Source: Octopus sinensis (Eukaryota). Taken from it: DNA of 64,000 bases. This document shows, one piece after another, positions 25,182 to 36,945 of the stretch (the stretch's first letter is position 1; each line of letters opens with the position of its first letter). A program made the position numbers and the translations under genes. The stretch is taken from contig NC_043013.1 of the NCBI RefSeq assembly GCF_006345805.1, positions 558,001 to 622,000 on the forward strand. The letters are read 5' to 3'. A model generated the notes under the pieces. That model saw only the letters and a program-made list of their open reading frames with translations. It was not told the origin of the DNA and made no database searches.

Positions 25182-26092
25182 AACATGAGAATAAAACTTC
25201 CCACATTTGAAGGTATGTAAATGTAGTTGGAGAAACCTAGGTTAATTAGAATTAATTAAAGCTTGATAGAATTAACATCTAATGTCTTAGATTTAATCAT
25301 ATCTCAAAAATCATACAGAAATTGTCGGCTATGAAGTGATTTGCAACCAATTTTTGAAACGGTCATTGTTGTTTAAAATTTATTTTTGTAAACAATTCCT
25401 TAATTTTTAGAGAGCAGAATGGTTTTTCACTTGCTCTGTGCTCACATTTATCTTAATTAAATCTAGGAAATAATCACTGTGAAACCATTAGCTTCAACAT
25501 AATTTTCAGACAATAGTTGATTGATATTGTTTAGTCTTATTCTCATGAAACGGTTTTAGGAATGAGGCAAACATTATGTTTGTGCTTGTAATGTGTATCT
25601 GAGACACAAAATCTCAGAGATTGCAATGTGAAATAAAGAATTTTATTGCCGTTAGATTTTCTTATGTACTATACAAAAGCACAATGGTGCCTCTGTGGTT
25701 ACTCAGTCTGCAGATAAATTCCTTGTAGAATATACTCTGTTGCCTTGATCAAAAGGGATGGTCATGGCTAGAATACCTTTAACAATAAGTCTGAAGCAGA
25801 GCAGAATTTGTGTCAACAACCTCAAAAAAAAAAAAAATTAAATTGATACCGTTGTTATGGAGAAACGATGATGAAATTATAAAATGCTTGTTAATTGCTG
25901 GGGAGGGGGTGAAAACAAATGCAGAACCTATGAACTGAAATATTTTCTTTCCTCAATAAAAGTACTTTCCACTTTCAAAATATATCACACATCACCACCA
26001 CCAAAAAAAAGAATTTAAAGACGAAACAGTTTATCAATTTTATATTTTCTTCTATTCAGTTTTCGTGAGTTTGACAGAAAAATTTATTTAGC

Positions 26093-26322
26093 TTAACCCT
26101 TTCGTTACTGTATTTATTTTGAGATGCTCTGTATTTCTTTCAATTACTTTTAAATATAACAAAGAAGTTAGAAAAATAACTTAGTTATCATTAAGCTTGT
26201 GTTAAAAACATAAATTGTGACTAAGGTTTGATGGAAGATTTTAATTCAGAACTTATGAAAACAAGACATTTGTACTACAGAGCCAGAGCTGGTTTCAGCC
26301 GGGTTGGTAACGAAAGGGTTAA
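26093..26322 (+). mobile_element. piggyBac-type MITE, family P1
   Basis: TTAA TSDs and perfect 12-bp TIR CCCTTTCGTTAC / GTAACGAAAGGG. Confidence 0.92.
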
Positions 26323-27689
26323 GACATGAAATACTGTTATTGTGAACCCTTGGTTCACAGCAGCAGAATCTTTTAACACCACCTTCAATCAAAATTTAGC
26401 AGGTTTTCAAGTTTTATGTGAGCTTCTCCTGTTTTGTCCAGCATACTTTCATATCAGTGGTGTGTGTGTGTTGCATTATCTATGAAGATCTACCATTGTT
26501 TGAATATGATTATTTTTACTTTATTATTTGTTGTTATTTTAGAGTTCAGTCAGTTATGTAGAGCATTGTACAATGTGAATTTTGTTTTTCCCAGATGCTC
26601 TGGGTTTGGTGTTGTGTGTTCAAGTGTCAGTAATTCAATAGGGATAGGTTAATAATACTTGTTAAATTATTGGGTGGTAATTGGTATCAATTGTCAGGTA
26701 TCAAGTAAGAGTATAGTTTGTGTTATCTTACTGGGTATTGATTGTGTAGTGTGGGTTGTTGTTGTTTTGCCCCAAATTAGCCCTGATTAAGTGAATCCAT
26801 GATCGAAGGCATTCCATCCATGAACATCTCTTTATTTAGACTTAGAGTAGCTGGGACTATACTATTGAAAATTTCCAAGACAGTTGAGTGTGATAATAGA
26901 ATATTTTGTTATTTCCAGCAGGTCGAATGACTGTGGTGAGACTCTCTTGTTGAGTGTATGTGTGTGTGTCTTTATATTGTTTGGTTGTGATCCCATAGTG
27001 TGTGTTGCATGAATTTCTTATTTTATTGGGTGTTTTGTGTTGTGTGCAACCCCAAGGGAACTTTATGTCCCCCCTCCCCCCAGCACCACTGCAAGTTTGT
27101 GAGCTATAGTATGTTTTTTTTTTTTGTGAAGACAAATGGCCTAGTGGTTAGTGTTGCACTCATGATCATAAGATCCTAGTTTCAATTCCCAGATCAAGCA
27201 GTGCATTGTATTCTTGATTAAGAAAAAAAGAAATCATTTCCTGTCGCTCCTGTCTCCACTCAATCGTAAATCGGGTCCAACAATAACTGGGATGTCGACC
27301 CTGAACTCAGAGAATCACATTACTCTCAGATGTTCTCTCCAATTGTTTTTGATGGAATTTAGGCATAGCTGTGTGGTTAGGAAATTTGCTTTGCAACCAT
27401 GAGGTTTTGGATTCAGTCCCACTGCATGGCACCTTGGGCAAGTGTCTTATATTTTATAGGTCAATCAATGCCTTGTCAGTGAGTATCCCATCCAGAATTA
27501 ACTGGTTAATGGTTATCAAACTTAACTCTTTGGCTAACGGATTAACGATTAACAGTGTCCACCTTTGATTATTCTATATGGACTTTTCTTTGATACAGTT
27601 GACAGTGTGGACAGTCATGTCCCACATAGTGTCCAGTTCATTATCATGTCCCATATTTACTTATTCTCTGTTGCTTCTTAGGGATCATC

Positions 27690-27995
27690 GATGACTTTCC
27701 TCCACCCTTCTTGACTTGGAGTGAGGGGCTATCTTTTCCATTTCTCTTCTTCCTGATCTTGAATTGTCATTGATGCTTTTGCAATTTAGCTCTTTTTTTT
27801 TTCTTTAGGTAGAGTTGTTGGCTCTATGTAAACCCATTTTTTTACTTCTGGTAGAGGTGGTCTGTATTAATCTACTCTCTATCCTTCCAGTATGGAAGGC
27901 CTAACTCAAATCTTACACTCAGCTAGCATAGCTGTCAGCCATTGAAGCCTACCAGCCACTACACTACAACAAGAACTGGTCTTTTTTCGTGGATG
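27690..27995 (-). mobile_element. Probable RTE LINE 5' UTR remnant
   Basis: Minus strand cttgttgtagtg..gcttcaatg..gacagctatgct..gagtgtaag..ggccttccatactgga resembles RTE 5' UTRs as I recall them. Confidence 0.4.
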
Positions 27996-28244
27996 TTCAA
28001 TGTTTCATATATGTTTATAACCCTAATCTCTTTCCAAATTGACGTTGTTGGATGCAACTGTTTTGTGGTGGTGAATTTCCAACACTCTTACCTAGTTTTC
28101 TCGTCCAACCTTTTCAATTCCCTTCACATCCATTCATTGTGTGTTACAGCTGTAGTTTATAGCTGAAATGGTGCCTTGTGTATTTATGCCTGATATCTTA
28201 TATCTAGCAAGGAATTCAGTTTTTTTTTTTTATAATATTGATTG

Positions 28245-28455
28245 GCAAAAGGTGGTGGGTTGGCACATTGGTTACCTGCTGGGGAAAATGCTTAGCAGCA
28301 TTTCTTCCGACTTTGTTTTGATTTCAGATGCTACCAGGTTGACCTTGCTTTTCATCCTTTCAGGGTTAATAAGTACCAGTTGAATACTGGGGTTGATGTG
28401 ATTGACTTACCTGTTCCCTTAAAATTGCTAGCCTTCTGCCAACATTTGAAACCAA
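28245..28455 (+). mobile_element. Family D SINE
   Basis: gaccttgcttttcatcctttcaggg..taagtaccagttgaatactgggg. Confidence 0.8.
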
Positions 28456-29858
28456 TTCCAGCCTGGCTCCTCTCCAGTTCTCTTTCTAATTTCATCCTTA
28501 TGTCTTGTATCTTAGTTTTTCCTGCTCTTATCTATTTTTTGTGTTTTATAGCTGTTTTTAATAGTTTTCCATTCTTTATTAGATATTTTTATTATCCATA
28601 TTATTATTATTGTTGTTGTGGGGTTGCCTGATGAAGTAAGCACCAACCAAGCACTGAAGTCAATTTATTTGACTATTTCCTCTCCTAAAGTTTGAGGTGT
28701 TGTATCTGTTAAGAAATGGTGATTATTTTAACTTAAGTAGCTTATTGTAATCTTTTTCTTTTCCTCTCAAACAATATTTGATATCTCGTAGGAGTATCGC
28801 AATTGAATGTGCATATCCAATGCTTTTTTGTCTTAATTTTACAAAATTGAAAGCCTTGAAATTCGAGGCCATTGTGCAATATACATTCAGACTACCTGTT
28901 TTAGTAAACAATTGCACATTCATGCATAGAAGTATCTTCATTTCAAACCATTTGCACTTTGGGAGTGGTTTGTCTCCCTCTTCCTCTCTGTCTGTCTGTG
29001 TGTCTCTGTCTGTCTATCGCTCTCTCTCTCTACTGCACTCGCTCTCTCTATCATTCTCTCTCTCTCTCTCAAAAATATCTCTGCCTCCAAATTAGTCTCT
29101 CTTTATATTCACTGCTAACTTTGAAAATCCTCACTTCATGCAACAATTTCTGATTCCTGTTCATCAGTTTTTAATATGAAGACTTAGTTTTGAAATTGAA
29201 ATATTTCTATATAACTCCAGAAATTTTTTTTTTGTTGTCATAACACTAAATATTGATGATTTCTGTATATATAAAAAGCAACCTACCATAAATGCTTTTA
29301 TTTACAAGGGTTGCAGAGAGAGAGTGAGAGAGATATAGGGGAAAAGAAAGAATTTTTTAAAACTGTAAAGATTATGTGGTGGTATGTTGTCAGTGTGACA
29401 GTCCCATGAAAGGGAATAATACTACTGCTATTTAGCCCTAGGAAGCACCTCTCTGAGAAATTTAGAAATATTATTTCTATGTAAAGATTATATCAATCTG
29501 TAAATTAATAGTAATGTTTCATGATATTACATCTAATTTTAATTTAATGTTTCTGACTTAGAGTAAAATTATGCAAAGGTGTTGCATAGTATGAAGTTTT
29601 TTTTCTTATTGCATCATAAAAGTGATTATTTTTATATATTGATCTTGTCTAAAATTAAGCTTGACTGAAAACATTGACCTGACGTCAATAATGGAGTTAA
29701 CCTATGACTTTAAGATGAAAAATTTGTAAAATCCTAAAGTTATACATTTTTCTGAAGTGAAACTAAAATCTAACACTATTTCATTGTATGCATGTTATAT
29801 GACTTGTGTCTTGTTTTTTTTTCTTTTTTCTTTCAAACATTTACAACTGCTCAAAGCA

Positions 29859-30086
29859 TTAACCCTTTCATTACCAACCTGGTTGAAACTGGCTCTGGCT
29901 CTATAGTACAAATGTCTTGTTTTCATAAGTTTTAAATTAAAATCTTCCCCCAAACCTTAGTTATCATTAAGCTAGTGTTAGGAACATAAATTGTGACTAA
30001 GTTATTTTACTAAATTCTTTGTTATGTTTAAAATTAATTGAAAGAAACACATCATCTCAACAGAAATATGGTAAGAAAAGGGTTAA
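29859..30086 (-). mobile_element. Family P1 MITE with an internal 34-bp inversion
   Basis: TTAA ends and TIR CCCTTTCATTAC. Segment 29962-29995 is inverted relative to the other three copies. Confidence 0.88.
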
Positions 30087-30109
30087 AATATATAGTAGAG
30101 AAACAATTC

Positions 30110-30339
30110 TGAACCCTTTTGATATCAACCTGGCTGAGATCACTTCTGGTTCTGTAGTACAAATGTCTTGTTTTCATAAGTTCTGAATTAAAATCTTCCA
30201 TCAAACCTTAGTCACAATTTATGTTGCTAACTCTAGCTGAATGAAAACTAAATTATTTTACTAAACTCTTCGTTATGTTTAAAATTAATTGAAAGAAACA
30301 CAGAGCATCTCAACAGAAATACAGTAACGAAAGGGTTAA
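30110..30339 (-). mobile_element. Family P1 MITE, 23 bp from the previous copy
   Basis: TGAA/TTAA ends and GTAACGAAAGGG TIR. Confidence 0.88.
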
Positions 30340-30949
30340 GGACAAAATGTCAGTTAAATCAAGCACAAGTTTAAGAAATTATATTTTTTCTTTTACTTTC
30401 AATATTTGCTGGAGTAGCAATGGAGAACCAGTCAATTATTGAGTACAAATCTATTATTCTCATGTTTTCTCATATTAAAACCTATTTTTAAAAACTATGT
30501 AAATGATTGATCAGGCCAGTGATCATTGTTAAAATAATTTCTCTGCTAGCAGTTGTTCATTGAAAGTATCTTTTCAGATTGATTTGTAAAGCTCTGTTTT
30601 AGGAAAGCCGTTGCATAACTAGCTTCAACAAGATTGTTTCTCAATCAAAAAATAGTTTGAACACTAAACATAAGTGGCTCTCAATTCAAACAATAGATTT
30701 GTTTTTCTTTAGTTGATTCCCCCCATTTTCTTATTACATGCTCTTCAACTTGACTCTCTTCTTTTTGTTGCAGTTAAATAATTTGTTGATTAGTTATCTC
30801 ATTACTACAATATAAGCTCTCTTAATGAGATTTCTCTGCAGTTTTCTCTTAGAGTTTATTTTCTAACTTTGCTACCGATATTTCCTTTCATTGCTGCTTA
30901 TTTCAAATCCAGTTCATACTTGAAGAAAATGCATGAAAGGCACTTGATA

Positions 30950-31890
30950 ATGGGATAAAAAATATACCAGTCCTGTTTTTTAGTTTTTGCAGTTTTAAAA
31001 ATGAAAGCAGGTTTCCTACAGGTACAGAGGAAGGTAAAAGGGAAAATAAAACCATATTTGGTGAATTATATGTTAAAAGGAAATTATACATATTGAGGGA
31101 TATGAAGTTAAGACCCTGAAAAGACTGCACTGTTTTATAGTAGGGTTGCAATGGGAACGGTTGCTAATCAGTGCAATTGAAACATGTGTTGGTCTTTGAA
31201 AGGCAGAATATAATTATAGAATTAAAGATAATGCCATTGCTACTTTGGAGTAACCAATATGGTTAAGGAAATATATTCGGAATCATCCCACGGAATATTC
31301 CTCTATTTTCTGATCTCGTAAGAAGTTTATTGGATTTAACTGTTGAATAACATTTCTTTGAATATCTGAGAGCAAAATGGTAATCGGTTTGGAGTAATCC
31401 CTTATTTTTTACTTACATATATAATGTTAAAAGGAGATTAATATATATATATATATATATATATCATCATCATCATCGTTTAACGTCCGTTTTCCGCGCT
31501 AGCACGGGTTGGACGGTTCGACCGGGGTCTGGGAAGCCAGGGGCTGCTCCAGGCTCCAGTCTGATCTGGCAGAGTTTCTATGGCTGGATGCCCTTCCTAA
31601 TGCCAACCACTCCGCGAGTGTAGTGGGTGCTTTTTACGATATATATATCTTGTTTTCAAACCTTAAAATTTCCATTTCTGATATGTGCCAGGTATAAAGT
31701 GACATCTAAATTCCTGATCACTGTTGCCTTCAAATCCATGTCAAGTATTTTCTTGTTTCTGCGGATAGGAAACTTTATTCTCCATGCCCCACTACACCTA
31801 GCAACCCTGAACAGGGAGCAAAATATCTGGTAAAGCTTTTCTGATACACAAGAAACGCTAATGGAAAGATTTGATTCTGTAGTCACACAG
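30950..31890 (-). pseudogene. Decayed Penelope-like element ORF (RT and downstream linker), interrupted by (AT)n and a family A SINE
   Basis: In order on the minus strand: LFRVARC (~LYRDDGL), LKATVIRNLDVTLYL..NG.F (~LKIT...FLDVTL.L..G), IIYVSK, PYY..V.SFQGLN, and NMVLFSLLPSSVPVGNLLSFLKL (~NIIWFNPPFS.SV.TN.G..FLKL). These are visual motif matches only. Confidence 0.5.
31464..31638 (-). mobile_element. Young family A element (core only)
   Basis: CpG-rich, close to 61690-61860. Confidence 0.9.
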
Positions 31891-31934
31891 GGCTTCTCAG
31901 GCTTATAATTGTTTCTAATTTATGTGTAAGGCCA

Positions 31935-32110
31935 GCAACATTTTAGGAGATGGGGGTTTGTCAGTTGAATTAATTCCAGTCTTTGACTGGTACTTTATTT
32001 TGTTGATCCTGCAAGAATATAAGGCAAAGTTAACCTCGGCTCAATTTGAATTTAGAATGTAAAGCCCCTGAACCAATGTTGCAAGGCATTTTACCGAATC
32101 TGCCCTCTGT
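31935..32110 (-). mobile_element. Family D SINE
   Basis: actggtactttattt..aggcaaagttaacctcggc. Confidence 0.7.
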
Positions 32111-33416
32111 TCTGATATTTTTTAACAGAATCCTGCTTTCCTTCCCCACCCCAACCCACTGCCAGAGCAGTTTCTCTTTTGTAAATAGTAAGGATTAGTG
32201 TCTTTCAGTTGGTACAAGTTGTCTTCATTTGCAATGTAGATACCAATAATTTAAGATGGAGGTTTTCACTTGATGTTGTATTTCTGAGATTGTTTTGGTA
32301 CCTAAGACGCCTTTTGATGAAAGGATCTAATATTATTTCACTTCAGTTTGTGGTTCTGCATCAGTGATTCTCAACCGGGATCTCTGTAACCCTCAGACCT
32401 TCATACAAGATTTTGTGGCTAAAATTTATCTGCAATAAGCTGGTAATATTTCTACAATACGCAAAATATTTTCATTATTTTTTTTTGTATACAATTCCCA
32501 GTATTATTTAAATACAGAGGTAGAGTAAGATTTTTTCTTAGATACATTGAATGGTTGTGGAAGTCCAGTAGAGTAAAATGGAAATCGAAGAGCCAGAAAA
32601 TAGTTGAAAAATTACTATTCTCGGTGATAGTGCATAACAGGATTTGCTGATTGAGGTTGTTGTTACAGTTAATGTGAACTGCTAAACGCAACAGAATTAA
32701 TCCTTGTATTTATTTTCCTATCACTTCAAGATAAATGTCTCGTGAGTCATTGTTCATGTATCTGTAAATAAAAGCAACGAAATCTTTGTAATCTGTGCCA
32801 ATCTTTGCCCTTTGCTCATCCTGTGACACACAGGACATGTTTCCCGATGCATCATTTATGATACACATTCCCTGATTTTTTTTCTCAACCACCAGAGTAA
32901 TTTGGGACTTATGAATGGAAAGGTTTATATTACTCAGAATGTATGAAACCAGAGCCTAACTAAAAGTCTGAGAATAAGCATGGACATAAGGACAAACTTA
33001 CAAAAATTTTTTGGAGAAGCAAAACATTCAGTTAAGACAACTTGATATTGCAGAGCACCTTCATTTAATTGAATCTATCTGGATTTCATTGTCAGTCATT
33101 TTTCAATCAAAAATCTTACAATTGTTTTTCGGGTTTTAAGACAGTTCTGTTTTCTCCTTCATATATAACTCTGAATCTGTAATACAGTTTGACTGTATCC
33201 AGTTTATTTTACAGTTGTAATCTGAGGTTATCATATCTAGAAGTAGATACATTCCTAAAGGTTTGTGGATGTCTTTCATGTTAATATCAATGATGGGATA
33301 ATTGTGATATTGCGTTTAAGGAAAATTGACTAGTCTGGCATTTCCTCATTTTATAGTATCTGATAGGTTTTGTTCAAGTTGTGTAGTCAATTAAAATCTC
33401 AAGTGACTAACTTGTG

Positions 33417-33457
<41 letters not shown>

Positions 33458-35931
33458 TTATATATACTTTGAGGGTTATCAAGGCAGCCAATGGTTTCAG
33501 GTGAAACAATCTTCACAATTATTCACATGCAAGTCTTGGAACTCTTCTCCGTTTTGGATGAGAATACCAACATTTCGATGTGGTTTGCTTGAACAGTTGT
33601 GAAGATTGTTTCACATGAAACCAGTGCCTGCCTTGATAACCCTCAAATAAAAAAATATTTATCCACCAATGTGATGTTGACTACTCATTCTTACTGTTTG
33701 ATATTAGTGTACATACTCTCTCTCTCAGATCACTTTTCTTCTGTATCTATCAAGGTAAAATTTCCAATAGTGTTTAATGCTGTAATTATTTTAAAGTGTC
33801 CTGTTAATAAAATAAACTACAGTTAGATTCTTTCGTCTTGTTTGAAGAAATATTCATTGACCAGTTTCAACTGTTGATATTTTTGTTAGGTTTCTCTTGA
33901 AATACACGGCTTTTGTTTCAGTTAATTTTGAAATGAATGCAGGATTTAATCAAATAATCTTGTCATCATTTTTAAGCTTGTTTGCAACATAAATTAATAT
34001 GAAATTTTGTTGTTTTCAAATTCGAGCACTTTAAAATGGAATTGTTATAATAGAACTGAGGTTCCATTATGAGGTTGATATCAAAAGGGCCAAAGCTATT
34101 CTCTACTGTTGTGTCTGATTCCATTGACTAAATTTAGCTCCAGTCGATTATGATTGAAGTAAGTTGCTTCTTCAGTATTTTTTGTTTGTTTTCAAATGAA
34201 AGCCACTGTTTTATATGAATCTATTTTAAAGCTAGCATTCTTTGCCAATTGTTGAAACCAGCATGTGTCGTGGTGTGTTCGTGTGTTTGTCCACATTTAC
34301 CAATATAGAGAGCTGATAGCATCTTGTCATTTAGACAATTGAAGTGCCCTGGCTTCAGTGTATGTATGTATCCATAGAAACTAACTACATTCCACCATTC
34401 AGGTAAACAGTTCTTCTCATGCTCACTAACAGAACTCACTGTGGAAGCTGTTCTATCACAACAATCGTCTCTCTCTCTCTCTCTCTATCTCCTTTTTATA
34501 TATATTTTTATCATTCGTTTTTTGGCATCTGATGTAATGTGCTGGATATCATTGGGATGGCGTCAGTGAAGCAGAAGGTAATATTTACTGATTTTTAAAG
34601 AATTTCCGTCATAAGTGTTTACAACTGTGGAATATTTTTTGTGATTATTATTAGTTCTTGAGTATTTACCATTCTAATCACATCTTTTATATTCCAATTT
34701 AATGTGATCGATACAGCTTCACTATGACAATGGCTGTTCAGGTTTGTATGACCAATTAATATACATAAAGCTATTTATTTTCTAGTTTAGAATACTTCTC
34801 AGGTATTTAGGAATATGTAGACTGACAAACATTCTGTTTTAATTACTAATTATTTAAAAATAATTAAATTTAATCTGGATGTATTTTTGGAATTTCTTTT
34901 AAGCTGGACTTAAAATATTCCTATTGGAACCACAAGCTATCACTTTCACACACTTATACACGTCTGTTTATTGATCTTTCTGATTATATTGGACTGAACT
35001 TGTTTGTTTAGTCCCAAAAATAAACTAACTGTTGTAGATTTTAGTTGACTCTTGTATAAAATTGTTGTTTGCAGGATTATGGAATTCATCATTTTTAGGC
35101 TCTACACTTGTGATAATAGATCTTTGCAAAGATGTATTGCAATTTTAGCCATTTTGCATGATCAGTTGCTCTAAGTTTACCATACCTTTCAATTATGACA
35201 ATTTTTTTCTACTACAGACACGAAGCCTGAAATTTTGGGGGGAGGGGATAGTTGATTACATTGACCCCCAATTCTCAACTGGGACTTAATTCATTATCTT
35301 TAAAAATACCTTTTATATGAATAAATTCTCTCTCTAAACCAATTTCTTTTATTTAATGTTTTATTAAAATGAAGTGGCAGAGGTTGCCTAACATATAAAT
35401 ATGGATTCTATCACTTTTAGAAATTGTATAAGTTTTGCTATAAAATAAGTCTGGCAACCAGTGGTATGTTGTATACTTTGAAAGTAGTGTGCAGTTAAAG
35501 ATGGTATGGAATATACTCTCTTTAATGTATAGAGTTTACTCATAATATATTTTATATTCTGCTGTCTTTTCTCTCTGTTGCAGATTAAAAAACTGAATGA
35601 AAATAGAAATTGTTAGATATATATTTTCTAATTTACCATATTAAATGAGCTCCGTTCATTCTTCTAAATTTTCCTATTTGTTGTGATAGGACCTGACACA
35701 AATGTTGAGCAGTTTTGTAATTAGTAAAATAACACTCTGCTAATATGATGAAATAGAAAAAGCAAAAACAAAAAAACAAACAAACAATTCTTTGAAATGT
35801 TTGTGTTTTTGAAGTTTCCAAATGAAAATGAGTAAATAAACAAATAAAAAGTCAGACCAATTATATCAATCTTAGTTTTATCAATACAGAGTAAGATGTT
35901 GATAGAACATATTGAAATAATCTACAGATAT

Positions 35932-36645
35932 AGGCGCAGGAGTGGCTGTGTGGTAAGTAGCTTGTTTACCAACCACATGGTTCCAGGTTCAGTCCCACTG
36001 TGTGGCACCTTGGGCAAGTGTCTTCTACTATAGCCTCGGGCCGACCAAAGCCTTGTGAGTGGATTTGGCAGACGGAAACTGAAAGAAGCCCGTCATATGT
36101 GTATGGCCTCCGTGCTGTGGGCACGTAACAAACACCATCCGATCGTGGCCGTTCGCCAGCCGCGTCTGGCACCTGTGTCGGTGGCACATAAAAAAACACC
36201 ATCCGAGCGTGGCCGTCTGCCAGCCTCGTCTGGCACCTGTGTCGGTGGCACATAAAATCACCCACTACACTCTCGGAGTGGTTGGCGTTAGGAAGGGCAT
36301 CCAGCTGTAGAAACACTGCCAGATCTGACTGGCCTGGTGCAGCCTTCGGGCTCACCAGACCCCAGTTGAACCGTCCAACCCATGGTAGCATGGAAAGCGG
36401 ACGTTAAACGATGATGATATATATATGCATGTGTGTGTGTTTGTGTGTCTGTATTTGTCCCTCTAGCATTGCTTGACAACTGATGCTGGTGTGTTTATGT
36501 CCCCGTTACTTAGCGGTTTGGCAAAAGAGACCGATAGAATAAGTACTGGGCTTACCAAAGAATAAGTCCTGGGGTCGAGTTGCTCGATTAAAGGCGGTGC
36601 TCTAGCATGGCCGCAGTCAAATGACTGAAACAAGTAAAAGAGAGA
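35932..36645 (+). mobile_element. Family B/C SINE hosting a nested family A element
   Basis: Head 35932-36103 and C module 36419-36645 match the uninterrupted copy at 48012-48390. Confidence 0.88.
36104..36418 (+). mobile_element. Young family A element (2 x 62-bp units + core + (GAT)3)
   Basis: About 5 differences in ~165 bp of core versus 61687-61855. Confidence 0.92.
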
Positions 36646-36683
36646 GATGATCGAATGAAAGAATCGGTTTCCAATAACCTCAG

Positions 36684-36945
36684 TCATCATCATCATCATC
36701 GTTTAACGTCCATTTTCCATGTTGGCATGTGTTGGATGCTTCAGCTGGGGTCTGGAAAGCCAGGAGGCTGCACCGGACTCCAGTCTGATCTAGCAATGTT
36801 TCTACAGCTTGGATACCTTTCTTAACACCAACCACTCTGACATCAGATGGTGCTTTTTACGTGCCACCGGCACAGAAGCCAGTGGGAGGGCTGGCATCGA
36901 CCACATTCAGATGGTGCTTTTTACATGCCTCCAGCATGGGGACCA
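36684..36945 (-). mobile_element. Family A element, tail-to-tail with 36104-36418
   Basis: (CAT)n tail and core. Confidence 0.85.

Noticed and set aside
28628-28676. CTGATGA..GAA GTCAA/TTGAC hammerhead look-alike
   Set aside because: It lacks A15.1 (GAA, not GAAA) and has no stem I pairing.
35932-36000. tRNA genes in SINE heads (also 11241, 18640, 46672 and 62070)
   Set aside because: A/B-box-like motifs are present, but there is no complete cloverleaf and they run into SINE bodies.
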